Assembly: GCA_041906765.1 (NCBI GenBank)
Contig: JAYRIP010000004.1
Location: 68,223 to 132,222 of the forward strand
Reading direction: 5' to 3'
Length of the DNA stretch: 64,000 nt
DNA from: Candidatus Saccharimonadales bacterium
Lineage (GTDB): Bacteria > Patescibacteriota > Saccharimonadia > Saccharimonadales > JAYRRP01
Below, piece after piece: positions 1 through 9,591 of this stretch. Made by a program: the position numbers and the translations under genes. Numbering within the stretch: the first letter of the stretch is position 1; each line of letters opens with the position of its first letter. Under the pieces are notes generated by a model. It saw nothing but the letters and a program-made list of their open reading frames with translations. It did no database searches and was not told the DNA's origin.

Positions 1-536
1 CACAAAAATATAAAGTGCCGGTTATTGCCGACGGTGGCATCAACTACTCGGGTGACATCACCAAGGCATTAGCCGCTGGCGCCTCCAGTGTGATGCTGGG
101 GCGGTTATTTGCCGCCACCAAGGAATCAGCCGGGCAAGCAGTACAAGTAGCACGCAAGCACGTACCGCACCGTTTTCAGAGCATCATAAACGGGAATAAG
201 TATTACATATTTAAAAAGTATCGCGGCATGGGATCAGTGGCGGCAATGAAACGGGGCATAAAAGTTAGCTCAGAAGATGAATATCATGGTAAAAGCTACA
301 CTGATACCGTTTTGGTGGCGGAGGGCGTTGAAGGAATGGTGCCATTAAGCGGATCGGTCCAGGAATTATGCAACCAAATCTGCGGTGGTATACAGTCAGG
401 TTTCTATTATTGCGGCGCCAAATCCATTCATGATTTATGGGAAACGGCCCAGTTTATGCGTATCAGCCAAGCTTCGCTCACCGAGAGTCACCCCCACAAT
501 TTATTCATTACCAACGCAGGCAATAATTACCAATAA
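1..536 (+). CDS. guaB: IMP dehydrogenase, C-terminal part (gene starts upstream of window)
   Basis: Translation IADGGI..GDI.KALAAGA..VMLG, then KKYRGMGS and a C-terminal ..ESHPHN tail, is typical of the IMPDH catalytic domain C-terminus. The ORF is open to the window edge. Confidence 0.8.
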   Translation, partial: QKYKVPVIADGGINYSGDITKALAAGASSVMLGRLFAATKESAGQAVQVARKHVPHRFQSIINGNKYYIFKKYRGMGSVAAMKRGIKVSSEDEYHGKSYTDTVLVAEGVEGMVPLSGSVQELCNQICGGIQSGFYYCGAKSIHDLWETAQFMRISQASLTESHPHNLFITNAGNNYQ

Positions 537-584
537 CTTCGCTAACTATTCCAACCGACTCAGGACTGATACTATTATTGAACT

Positions 585-1181
585 GTGTCATATACATTTA
601 GCACTCATTTAGAGCACTGGCTAAGAAGTCCGGGTAAAAAAACGCTTGCTGGTCTGGAAAATGTCTTTGGCGAAAAGAGTTTTGCTATTGCATTTTTGCT
701 GCTCATGAGCCCAGCCGCTCTACCGTTGCCAACCGGCGGCGTAACTCACTTGTTTGAAATTGTAGTCATATTGCTCGCAATTGAATTAGTGGCCGGACGT
801 GAGACATTATGGTTACCAAAACGCTGGCGCAATCTCACTCTAGGCAGTCGGGCAGAGAAGAAATTCTTACCGTTTTTGGTGCGCCGCATAAGATGGTTTG
901 AGCACTTCTCGCGCCCTCGATGGCAAACATTAGCCAGCAAGCGCTGGTACCGCTCAATAGTAGGGTTAATCGTAATCTTTTTCACCCTTGCTGCTTTCAT
1001 TGCGCCCCCGTTTTCGGGCTTGGACACGCTGCCGGCACTGGCAGTTGTTGCAATCTCACTCGCCTTGATATTAGAAGACATAGCAATTTTTATTATTGGA
1101 ATCTTTATCGGCACTGCCGGTGTAGGGTTGATTATCGGGCTGGGCAGCGCAATTACCCAAGGCATCCGACACCTTTTTTAG
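585..1181 (+). CDS. ExoD-family membrane protein (exopolysaccharide synthesis ExoD-like)
   Basis: The motif LLLMSPAALPLPTGG followed by a basic loop and repeated hydrophobic segments matches the ExoD family pattern. Assignment is by motif recall only. Confidence 0.5.
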   Translation: MSYTFSTHLEHWLRSPGKKTLAGLENVFGEKSFAIAFLLLMSPAALPLPTGGVTHLFEIVVILLAIELVAGRETLWLPKRWRNLTLGSRAEKKFLPFLVRRIRWFEHFSRPRWQTLASKRWYRSIVGLIVIFFTLAAFIAPPFSGLDTLPALAVVAISLALILEDIAIFIIGIFIGTAGVGLIIGLGSAITQGIRHLF

Positions 1182-1678
1182 TAGTCGTATACATACCAAC
1201 TGCCGCGTTTAGCAGTCGGTTTTTTGTGGGGCAGACGAAACACATAACTGATAAGACATGAGCCGGAGCGCATTTCTTTGGCAGCCTTTTTTTCCAGCTT
1301 TGCCATCGAGCGCGGCACCAAAAACGTAATAACAGCATCCGCATCACGCCAATTACTACCCCAAAAATCTCCCCAACGCACCCGTACCCTGGGATAATAG
1401 CGGATAGTCCTTAGCCAGGCGAACAGCCACAGCAACGGGTTGATCTCATAACCAACCGCGCTGAAGCCGCGCTTGGCAGCGGCAACCAGCAAGCGCCCGT
1501 CACCACAACCGAGTTCAACAATATTAGTATGTTTCGTTTTGGAGTGGTGTAGTGCATCATCCAACACCTTGGCAACATCTGCTTTCCGCATAGGCACCCA
1601 AGGTGCTCCGGCAAGACCGCCGACCGCAAAGCCAACCAATATAATACTGCCAATTATGAGCCATAACATGAGACGCAT
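1178..1678 (-). CDS. small class I SAM-dependent methyltransferase
   Basis: An N-terminal TM segment is followed by VELGCGDGRLL (glycine-rich motif I) and an acidic motif II. Confidence 0.55.
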   Translation of the reverse strand: MRLMLWLIIGSIILVGFAVGGLAGAPWVPMRKADVAKVLDDALHHSKTKHTNIVELGCGDGRLLVAAAKRGFSAVGYEINPLLWLFAWLRTIRYYPRVRVRWGDFWGSNWRDADAVITFLVPRSMAKLEKKAAKEMRSGSCLISYVFRLPHKKPTAKRGSWYVYDY

Positions 1679-1715
1679 TATACGCGATACCGTGGCTCAC
1701 TTGTGCCACTGAAGC

Positions 1716-3131
1716 GTGCAAGGTACTATTAAGGCAGTACCCGTTATGGCAAACCAAAACAACAAAGATATCATCACCAGGGCAGTGGAGGCACCTGCCC
1801 ACATGCTTGAAGCCACAGTCGAAACCTCCCAAAAAGTTGCCCAAGCCTTGCCCAAAGACAAACTTGTGACAACAGTGAAGCGTACTGGCAGTTACTGGCG
1901 GACACTTGGTCCTGGACTTACTACGGGCGCCTCTGATGATGATCCGTCTGGCATCGCTACGTACTCGCAAGCCGGTGCCCAGTTTGGCTACCAGCTTTTG
2001 TGGATGGCCGCATTTACATTTCCTTTGATGGCCCTCGTTCAAGAAATGTGTGCTCGTATTGGTTTAGTAACCGGCCGGGGGCTGGCAGGGAACATCCGAC
2101 TGCACTTTCCGCGCAAAATCCTTTATGCTTGCACCACACTGCTGTTTGTCGCCAACAGTTTTAATATCGGTGCAGACCTTGGCGCCATGGCCAAAGGTGT
2201 ACAGCTACTTGCGCCACAAGTTAATTTCTACCTAGCGGTTGTTGGATTTGCGATATTAAGCCTGTTGCTACAGGTGTTTACTCCTTATGCTAAGTACGCT
2301 AAATACCTTAAATGGCTTGCTATGGTCTTGCTCGCTTATGTTTTTTCTGCTCTACTGGCGCATCTTAACTGGTCAGCGTTGGTGCAGCATGCTTTCATCC
2401 CGGCGATTACCTTTAGCCGCGAACAACTACTCCTCATCTGTGCTATCTTGGGTACCACTATTTCGCCGTACCTTTTCTTTTGGCAGACGTCAATGGAAGT
2501 TGAAGAAGAGATCCAGCAGGGTAAGACGAATCTTCAGCTGCGCCGTGAAACCTCACTCAAAGAGGTGAAATCCATGCGGGTAGACGTGTGGTCAGGCATG
2601 TTGCTTTCAAATTTGGTTATGTTTTTCATCATTGCGGCTTGTGGGGCAATACTGTTTCGCAACGGTATCACCGGTATTACCAGCGCTTCTCAGGCAGCTG
2701 AGGCCCTACGCCCATTCGCCGGCAACGCCACTTACTATTTATTCGCCGCCGGAATTATCGGCACCGGTATGCTAGCTATCCCTGTCTTGGCAGGATCAAG
2801 CTCATATGCACTTGCCGAAAGCTTGGGGTGGCGACGAGGTCTTAACTATAAGCTAAAGCAAGCTTACGCTTTTTACGGCACTATTATTATTTCAATGCTC
2901 GTCGGTTTACTAATTAACTTTATTGGTCTCGATCCAATCAAGGCATTGATCTACTCAGCCGTAGCGAACGGTGTTGTTGCGCCGTTGGTTTTACTACTCA
3001 TCGTCATGATGAGCAGCAACCGCAAAATCATGGGGGAGTGGGTCAATAAACCGAGTGTCACTGCCTTTGGTTGGCTACTGACCATCGTCATGCTTATTTC
3101 TGGCGCAGCCGCAATATTTGCCATGATCTAA
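1716..3131 (+). CDS. mntH: NRAMP-family divalent metal (Mn2+/Fe2+) transporter, copy 1
   Basis: GPGLTTGASDDDPSGIATYSQAGAQFGY..LW and MCARIGLVTGRGLA are NRAMP signature segments in a protein with about 11 TM helices. The true start may be the ATG at 1746 (MANQNN..), which has an AAGG RBS. Confidence 0.85.
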   Translation: MQGTIKAVPVMANQNNKDIITRAVEAPAHMLEATVETSQKVAQALPKDKLVTTVKRTGSYWRTLGPGLTTGASDDDPSGIATYSQAGAQFGYQLLWMAAFTFPLMALVQEMCARIGLVTGRGLAGNIRLHFPRKILYACTTLLFVANSFNIGADLGAMAKGVQLLAPQVNFYLAVVGFAILSLLLQVFTPYAKYAKYLKWLAMVLLAYVFSALLAHLNWSALVQHAFIPAITFSREQLLLICAILGTTISPYLFFWQTSMEVEEEIQQGKTNLQLRRETSLKEVKSMRVDVWSGMLLSNLVMFFIIAACGAILFRNGITGITSASQAAEALRPFAGNATYYLFAAGIIGTGMLAIPVLAGSSSYALAESLGWRRGLNYKLKQAYAFYGTIIISMLVGLLINFIGLDPIKALIYSAVANGVVAPLVLLLIVMMSSNRKIMGEWVNKPSVTAFGWLLTIVMLISGAAAIFAMI

Positions 3132-3147
3132 GTAAGGGCTGTTCTCT

Positions 3148-4521
3148 ATGCATGCTGAAAAATGGCCGGACAAGATAGAAGAAGAGTTAGACCAATCCGA
3201 AAAACTGGCGTGGCAAATTGGTAAGAGTGCGCTGAGCCACCGGCGTTTTAACCGTATTTTACGAATCCTGGGACCTGGTGTGGTCACGGGGGCGGCCGAC
3301 GATGACCCTTCAGGAATTGCCACATATTCGCAAGCCGGTGCCCAGACAGGCTTTGGATTGCTTTGGGCCTTTCCGCTCATGTTACCACTGCTGATTGCCG
3401 TACAGGAAACATGTGCTCGCATCGGAGCGGTTACCGGACGCGGCCTGGCGGCAGTTATTAAAGACCACTACAGCCGAAAAGTCCTTTATTTTGCAGTGGC
3501 ACTTGTGGTAGTGGCCAACACCATTAATATCGGTGCGGATCTTGGTGCTATGGCCGCCACCTCACAATTATTCATCAACTTACCGTACGCCTTGTGGGCC
3601 AGCTTCTATGCTGCTCTCATTCTTTTACTTGTATTGACGGTTAGCTACAAAAACTACGCACGGATATTGAAATGGCTGGCGCTGACGTTACTCGCCTATC
3701 CGGCCACAGTATTACTGGTAGGTATACCGTGGCGTGAGGTGCTTATTGCTACTGTCAAGCCCCAGCTGAGCCTGGACTATGACACGCTTTTTATCCTGGT
3801 GGGCATGCTTGGTACCACTATTTCGCCGTACCTTTTCTTTTGGGACACTTCAGAAGTGGTCGAAGACGAAATTGCCACCAAGCGCCTCAAATCTTCCGGC
3901 ACAGCAATACCAACCATCACCCGGCGTTTCATGAAAAATATCCGCCTGGATAATATTATTGGCATGGTCATTGCAAGTGTTGCCGCCTGGTTTATCGTTG
4001 TCTTGTGCGGTAGCGTTTTGCACGGCAGTGGCATCCATGAGATCAATAGCGCATCTGACGCTGCAAAAGCGCTCGAACCTTTAGTGCAAAGCTTTCCAAA
4101 TGCAGGTTTAGTTGCCCGCGTTATCTTTTCGACGGGTATTATCGGCTTAGGGCTCTTGGCCGTACCCGTCCTGGCAGGATCAAGCTCATATGCCATTAGT
4201 GAGGTAATCGGATGGAAGGAAGGCTTACACCGCCGTTTCAAACGCGCCGTTGGCTTTTATGCGGTCATTATTGGGGCAACTCTTGTCGGCTTGGCGATTA
4301 ATTTTGCGGGGATTAATCCCATCAAAGCCCTCATTTTTACAGCAGTGTTTAACGCTATTGCCGCAATCCCTCTGATTATGATGATTGCCAGTATTGGCAA
4401 TAATCCGCGCATTATGGGCAACTATCGTAACAGCCGGTTATCGAATATATTTTTACGGGCAGCTTTTATCGTCATGCTGGGCAGTGGGCTCTTTTTGCTT
4501 GTATCCTCCTTCATGCGTTAG
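3148..4521 (+). CDS. mntH: NRAMP-family divalent metal transporter, copy 2 (tandem paralog)
   Basis: GPGVVTGAADDDPSGIATYSQAGAQTGF and TCARIGAVTGRGLA are present. It is collinear with the upstream gene, 16 nt downstream of it. Confidence 0.85.
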   Translation: MHAEKWPDKIEEELDQSEKLAWQIGKSALSHRRFNRILRILGPGVVTGAADDDPSGIATYSQAGAQTGFGLLWAFPLMLPLLIAVQETCARIGAVTGRGLAAVIKDHYSRKVLYFAVALVVVANTINIGADLGAMAATSQLFINLPYALWASFYAALILLLVLTVSYKNYARILKWLALTLLAYPATVLLVGIPWREVLIATVKPQLSLDYDTLFILVGMLGTTISPYLFFWDTSEVVEDEIATKRLKSSGTAIPTITRRFMKNIRLDNIIGMVIASVAAWFIVVLCGSVLHGSGIHEINSASDAAKALEPLVQSFPNAGLVARVIFSTGIIGLGLLAVPVLAGSSSYAISEVIGWKEGLHRRFKRAVGFYAVIIGATLVGLAINFAGINPIKALIFTAVFNAIAAIPLIMMIASIGNNPRIMGNYRNSRLSNIFLRAAFIVMLGSGLFLLVSSFMR

Positions 4522-4623
4522 ATAGAGACTTCGTTAGAAAGTTTTATGCGAAAAATCTCGTAGAGCAATTGAAGGGATTCGATTTAATCTAAGAGTGTAG
4601 GAGATTAAAGAAGGGAGGGGGAC

Positions 4624-4920
4624 ATGCAACAAACTTCTAATGCCAGTAACCACACGTTTCTGGCAGTCATGCTTGCCGGCCTAGCTGGTGTAGTTATCGG
4701 CATGCTGTTTGCTCCGCGTGAAGGCAAAGAAACACGAAGACGTTTACGTACAGCGGTGACAGAAGCCGAAGACCAGGCAACAAAAGGCTTGGAAAAAGCT
4801 CAGCTGTCATTAAAAAAAGGCCTACGGCATACACAAGACTTTAAGGACCGCTTGCAAAACGCATGGCATGAGGGCACCGCTACTGCCCAAGAAGATGAGT
4901 TCTTGCCGCCAACTACTTAA
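4624..4920 (+). CDS. YtxH-like small membrane-anchored protein
   Basis: An N-terminal TM is followed by the GMLFAPREGKETRRRL motif typical of the YtxH/DUF948 family. A strong GGAGGGGG RBS lies upstream. Confidence 0.5.
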   Translation: MQQTSNASNHTFLAVMLAGLAGVVIGMLFAPREGKETRRRLRTAVTEAEDQATKGLEKAQLSLKKGLRHTQDFKDRLQNAWHEGTATAQEDEFLPPTT

Positions 4921-4981
4921 GTAGCTGTTCCATCTTCAATTAATAAAGCGCCGGGATATACTTGGCAGGAAGGATAAGAAT

Positions 4982-5260
4982 ATGATTTGGAACATCGTAT
5001 CGTGGATTATTTTCGGAGCATTAGCTGGTTGGCTGGCTTCACTTATTATGCGGACAGATGAGGAGCAAGGTGCAATGGGGAATATTGTGATCGGGATTTT
5101 GGGCGCAATAATCGGCGGTGGTATCGCCCGGGCTTTGATTGGCACCAGCGTGACTGGCTTTAATCTGCCCAGCTTGATTATTGCTATACTTGGCGCAATG
5201 TTGCTTATCTTTTTGCTCCACTTATTCACTGGCGGCCGACGAAGCGCACTGCACCACTAG
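4982..5260 (+). CDS. GlsB/YeaQ/YmgE-family stress membrane protein
   Basis: Glycine-rich TM repeats GALAGWLAS..GNIVIGILGAIIGG are characteristic of the transglycosylase-associated protein family. Confidence 0.6.
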   Translation: MIWNIVSWIIFGALAGWLASLIMRTDEEQGAMGNIVIGILGAIIGGGIARALIGTSVTGFNLPSLIIAILGAMLLIFLLHLFTGGRRSALHH

Positions 5261-5371
5261 ACCTTTTTGGCGGGGCGATGCACAGACAGCAACTTGTGAA
5301 AATTCTCGTAGCCTGCAGCGTGCATAAACGGCTAAGCTAGAGATGCCTAAACTTGGGAGGGGAGAGGCAAA

Positions 5372-5584
5372 ATGAAATCTTTAATTCGTACGTGGCTGAA
5401 AGCTGGCCGTAGACCTGTAGATCCAGACAGTGATACAGGTTTCTGGTGGTTTGAAGCGGACGACAACGAAGAAACGAAGAAGTTCTTCGATCATTACTCT
5501 TTGCAAAAAGAGTACGAGTCAGACGATCCGGCCCAGCAGCACCCAATGTACGGCTCTGTGCCACCAATGCACTCTGAGTGTTAA
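5372..5584 (+). CDS. hypothetical small acidic protein
   Basis: A 70-aa ORF is preceded by a strong SD-like GGGAGGGGAGAGG. I recognise no homology. Confidence 0.25.
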   Translation: MKSLIRTWLKAGRRPVDPDSDTGFWWFEADDNEETKKFFDHYSLQKEYESDDPAQQHPMYGSVPPMHSEC

Positions 5585-5593
5585 GACTGCAGG

Positions 5594-6826
5594 CTACTCG
5601 TAATGGAGTGCATCAATGGGGTCTTTACGTGCCGCTTTATAAGCAGGAGTTAAGCCAAAGATAATTCCCACTGCCAGAGAAACCCCTGTCGCGATAATTA
5701 TAATTTGCCAAGTGATGACCGGTTTGATATCTGTCGTTACCCGTATGAGGTAATTGCATATAAACGAGAGTGCGATACCGATAATTGCCCCGCAGACACT
5801 AAGAACTGTTGCTTCAGTCAGAAACTGAGCCAGAATTTGTCGGTTGGTAGCACCAATGGCTTTGCGGATACCTATTTCACGCGTCCGTTCCGTCACCGAA
5901 ACGAGCATAATATTCATTATGCCAATACCGCCCACCAGCAAAGATATAGCCGCCACGCCAGCAATTAAACCGGTCAGTAAATTAAGGATATTCGAAGTTA
6001 CCGACAAATTCTCGTCTTGCTTGAGAATGGTGAAATCACTATCACCACCCCGTAAGTTGCTCAGTGATTGATTAATACTACTGAGCACCTGGTCAACCTG
6101 GCTGGAATCTTTTGGCCTAGCCAAAACTTCAACTATCTGGAGATTGCCTCCGGCAAGTTGCTTGGAAGCCGGATAGGGGATAAACACCGCTTTATTGAAA
6201 TCATTGTTAGCATTGAGAATATTGGGACTAAACTCCTCAAACACTCCGCGTACGACATAGTCTTCACCGCGGATTCTTAGCGTCATACCAATAGGAGCAT
6301 TCTCCTGGAACAATTTTTCGGCTACCCGTTTGCCGATCACAGCTACATGACGTTGCGATTCGCCCTCACTAAAAAAGTTACCAAATTCTAACTTTTGCTG
6401 GGTTAATGCCGGGTAGTCATGACTGACACCGAGCACAAAGCTGTCATCAAGCTGACCACCTTCAGAACGAGCAGGCGTACTGATAAAGCCAAGGGGGGAG
6501 AGAAACTTAATACCCTCAATTTGCTGCATGGCCTGCACGTCCTGGTCGCTGAGGCTCCCGCTGCCAAACCCTAAGTTGCTGCTCAAGTTAACCCGCGTAA
6601 TTTTGCCGCTGTTATCACGCTCCACAATTTTACCGGGTCGCACTGTCAGCAAATCTTTGCCTAGGACATTGATCTGCCCCACGATTTGCTGCTTGACCCC
6701 TTCGCCAAGACTTACCGTGGTCACTACCGACACTATGCCAATAACAATACCAAACATAGTCAGGACGCTCCGCCACTTGGCGCTCCTTAGAGCTGCAAGA
6801 GCAGTTTTGACATTGCCACTCCACAT
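5594..6826 (-). CDS. ABC transporter permease, MacB/FtsX-like
   Basis: It has an N-terminal TM, a large periplasmic domain and three C-terminal TMs of the FtsX fold. Its start codon overlaps the stop of the upstream ATPase gene. Confidence 0.8.
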   Translation of the reverse strand: MWSGNVKTALAALRSAKWRSVLTMFGIVIGIVSVVTTVSLGEGVKQQIVGQINVLGKDLLTVRPGKIVERDNSGKITRVNLSSNLGFGSGSLSDQDVQAMQQIEGIKFLSPLGFISTPARSEGGQLDDSFVLGVSHDYPALTQQKLEFGNFFSEGESQRHVAVIGKRVAEKLFQENAPIGMTLRIRGEDYVVRGVFEEFSPNILNANNDFNKAVFIPYPASKQLAGGNLQIVEVLARPKDSSQVDQVLSSINQSLSNLRGGDSDFTILKQDENLSVTSNILNLLTGLIAGVAAISLLVGGIGIMNIMLVSVTERTREIGIRKAIGATNRQILAQFLTEATVLSVCGAIIGIALSFICNYLIRVTTDIKPVITWQIIIIATGVSLAVGIIFGLTPAYKAARKDPIDALHYE

Positions 6827-7701
6827 TATTTTTTCGCCTTCGTTCTGCTTCGTTTCACTGATGTCTTTTTGGTACGTATCGCGCCACGTCGTGGCTTTTT
6901 GCCTGCCGGCTTGTCGGGTATCGCGTTCATAAGTGCCGATATGCCGGCCAGATCGTCTTCTTCGGTTTTGCGGGGATAGAGGTTCATAGTCCGGCGAGCC
7001 ATGCGTGGCACTTTACCAATAGGCGTTCGTTCTTCATGCACCACAGAGCCATCATGCATATACACTACCCGGTTGGCATAACGAGTGAGTTCCGGGTTAT
7101 GTGTCACCATTAATATCGTGTTGCCAGTTTTGTGAATTTCGCTCAGCAGCTCCATCACTACCCAGCTCGAGCCACTGTCGAGGTTACCGGTAGGTTCATC
7201 GGCAATGATTATTGCTGGGTTATTCACGAGCGCGCGGGCGATAGCAACCCGCTGCAACTGACCGCCGCTAAGTTGTCGAGGCATGAAGTATTCCCGATCC
7301 TGCAGACCAACCCGCTCGAGCATTAAGCTCGCTTGCTTAAGACGGCGAGAGACACTGGTACCTTTGTAGGCCAGCGGCTGAGCAACATTTTGCAGTACAT
7401 TCAGTTTGGGCAGCAGGGCAAATGTCTGAAAAACAAAGCCAATTTTGTCACGGCGTGCCTTAGCCCGTTGGTTCGAGCGCAGCTTTTCAACAGAGCGCCC
7501 GCCTAACAAAAAACTACCGTGAGTGGGACGGTCAAGCAAGCCGATGACATTGAGGAGTGTTGATTTGCCGCTACCGCTCGGCCCCATAATCGCCACAAAG
7601 TCACCCGCATCGATATGTAAGTTGACTTCGTCTAGTGCCACGGTAGTGGCATCGCCGAAGCCGTACAGTTTACTGACGTCTTTTAGTTCGATGATGGGCA
7701 T
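6826..7701 (-). CDS. ABC transporter ATP-binding protein (MacB/LolD-type) with basic C-terminal tail
   Basis: Walker A GPSGSGKST, signature LSGGQLQRVAIARAL and Walker B IIIADEPTGNLD are all present. The real start is probably MPIIELKDVSK at 7701 rather than the longer ORF from 7779. The C-terminus carries a roughly 50-aa K/R-rich extension. Confidence 0.85.
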   Translation of the reverse strand: MPIIELKDVSKLYGFGDATTVALDEVNLHIDAGDFVAIMGPSGSGKSTLLNVIGLLDRPTHGSFLLGGRSVEKLRSNQRAKARRDKIGFVFQTFALLPKLNVLQNVAQPLAYKGTSVSRRLKQASLMLERVGLQDREYFMPRQLSGGQLQRVAIARALVNNPAIIIADEPTGNLDSGSSWVVMELLSEIHKTGNTILMVTHNPELTRYANRVVYMHDGSVVHEERTPIGKVPRMARRTMNLYPRKTEEDDLAGISALMNAIPDKPAGKKPRRGAIRTKKTSVKRSRTKAKK

Positions 7702-7807
7702 GCTACACCTTAGTTTACGCGTAAATTTGCATATACGGCAAGCACCTAATGTAGTAATAATATCGGCATTATCTGCCACTTGCTCATAAGCTATAATGAC
7801 AAGGGAA

Positions 7808-7898
7808 GGAGAGGTCGCATAGTTGGCCTAGTGCGCCGTCTTGGAAAGGCGGTATGGGGGCAACCCCATCGAGGGTTCGAATCCCTCCCTCTCCGCCA
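7808..7898 (+). tRNA. tRNA-Ser (anticodon GGA)
   Basis: Acceptor stem GGAGAGG/CCTCTCC and anticodon stem CCGTC/GGCGG with loop TTGGAAA (anticodon GGA). The long variable arm ATGGGG-GCAA-CCCCAT, T-arm GAGGG-TTCGAAT-CCCTC, discriminator G and encoded CCA are also present. Confidence 0.85.
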
Positions 7899-7947
7899 GA
7901 TAGAAACTAGAACTTTTTTCAGAGGTCAAGACAATGAAAGAGGTAGG

Positions 7948-7969
7948 AAAGCCCCCTTAGGGGCTTTTT
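7948..7969 (+). terminator. intrinsic terminator downstream of tRNA-Ser
   Basis: Hairpin AAAGCCCC-CTTA-GGGGCTTT is followed by TTGG; an A-run precedes it and a T-run follows. Confidence 0.5.
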
Positions 7970-8072
7970 GGTTGCCTTATGGTGTCTACTTAAGCTTGAC
8001 CCCACCAGGGACTGGAACTGCGCAAATACTCCTTAAACTCCTGAGTTTGTTAATCTTCCGGGTCTAACCACG

Positions 8073-8378
8073 GTGATCAACATTGAGAACGGTCAGACCA
8101 TCACCACTAATCCATATATCATCAAGGTCAAACCAGAGTCAGACGACGGCATCTCTAAAGTCGAGTTTTATATCGACAACGTTCTCATTTGCACCGACAC
8201 CACGGCTGACGGTGATGGGGTTTATTCCTGCGCCTGGGATACTTCAAAGTATCACTCTGACGTCAAAGTTATCGCTTACGACACCAATGGCACACCGTCG
8301 GCGGCTTTGCTCCGAAGTACCACGGTTGACCCAAAACTCTATCTCACCGTTCTTCCGAAAACTGGGAAAACTGACTAG
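8073..8378 (+). pseudogene. Ig-like (Big-type) domain fragment ending in LPKTG; probable remnant of a sortase-substrate surface protein
   Basis: The frame opens 12 codons after a stop, has only a GTG start and no RBS. The translation resembles the Ig-like domain of the 664-aa hydrolase at 14670-16664 and ends ..VLPKTGKTD* without a hydrophobic anchor. Confidence 0.3.
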
Positions 8379-8586
8379 AAATCAAACAAATCTTTTGACT
8401 CAGCCTCTAAAACCTTCGCAATCTTTCCTATGTTCCTCAGTGATGGGTCTTTGATTCCTCGTTCAATTAAGAATATCGCCAGCCGGGAAAAAGAATCCTT
8501 TGCTTACGGATACATCTCTGATACCAGGAAGATGACGCAACTATAGCCAAAAACAATATGGTGGGTTATAGTGGGGGAAAACGATT

Positions 8587-9534
8587 ATGCCTGTTATCCT
8601 ACTACTCTTATCGCTTACCTTTATCGTTGCTTGGGTGGGATTCCTGCTGTGGCTGTTTATTAAAACCGACAAGGGAGCAAAAGAACCGGCTGGTGCCATG
8701 TGGGCTGCTTTTGGATTTGGGGTGCTTTCTGTAGGTATCGCATTATTGCTTGAGAAATTACTACTCAAAGACTCAATTTCTACAGGTACAGACATTTTTT
8801 TGATGACTATGTCCGTTGGTGTTATCGAAGAAGCAGCCAAGTTTTTACCTCTCGCATTCTTCTTATATAAAAAACCTTACTTCAATGAACACACCGATGG
8901 CATCCTTTACTTTGGAATTGTCGGTTTAACCTTCGGGGTGTTAGAGGATTTTATATATTTATACAGTATATTCACGTCCCACAATACAGCCAGTTCAATC
9001 GTAGGGGTAGTGCGAGTCAGTATTCTGTTCCTTTTCCACGTAGCAGGTACCGCTATGATTGGTTACTACCTGGCAAAGAGCAAGGTACAGCGCAAGAGTT
9101 TGTGGCAACCAGCAATTGCGTTTTCGATTATTGCATTCCTCCATGGATTGTATGACTTTATATTGTTCTACATGAGCTATAAAGCTATTACAGGATCAGG
9201 CTCAGATGCAGAAGCCGGTGTCATGGTTTTGCTATTGATTGTGGCATTCATCGTGTCTCTACTCTTTGGAGCTTGCTTTTTCTTATACTATCGCCGCGCT
9301 AAACAGTGGGACGCAAGTGTCGGCCTCGCCTATGATTCCCGACTACAGAGCCAAGTTGCGGGCCAACCGGCTCCTCCTGTTCCACAAGGAACAGTGGCGG
9401 TCTCTTACGCAACAGGCCCCCAACCAGTACCACCTCAAACTCCACCGACACCAAATCCACAACCAGTCACTGCTGTGAACCCCACACCGACGAATGAAGG
9501 CGGGCAACCGCAAACTCCTATACAGGGAAGTTGA
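8587..9534 (+). CDS. PrsW-family intramembrane metalloprotease-like protein with Pro/Gln-rich C-terminal tail
   Basis: A polytopic membrane protein carrying the three PrsW motifs EEAAKF (EExxK), FLFHVAG (FxxxH) and HGLYDF (HxxxD). Confidence 0.6.
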   Translation: MPVILLLLSLTFIVAWVGFLLWLFIKTDKGAKEPAGAMWAAFGFGVLSVGIALLLEKLLLKDSISTGTDIFLMTMSVGVIEEAAKFLPLAFFLYKKPYFNEHTDGILYFGIVGLTFGVLEDFIYLYSIFTSHNTASSIVGVVRVSILFLFHVAGTAMIGYYLAKSKVQRKSLWQPAIAFSIIAFLHGLYDFILFYMSYKAITGSGSDAEAGVMVLLLIVAFIVSLLFGACFFLYYRRAKQWDASVGLAYDSRLQSQVAGQPAPPVPQGTVAVSYATGPQPVPPQTPPTPNPQPVTAVNPTPTNEGGQPQTPIQGS

Positions 9535-9591
9535 TAAATTTATACTGTTTACTGTTTGTGCTTATATTAATAGAAAGGAAAAACCAATATT

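Noticed and set aside
7780-8067. 95-aa ORF overlapping tRNA-Ser
   Set aside because: It overlaps a confidently folded tRNA and its terminator, so it is an ORF-finder artefact.
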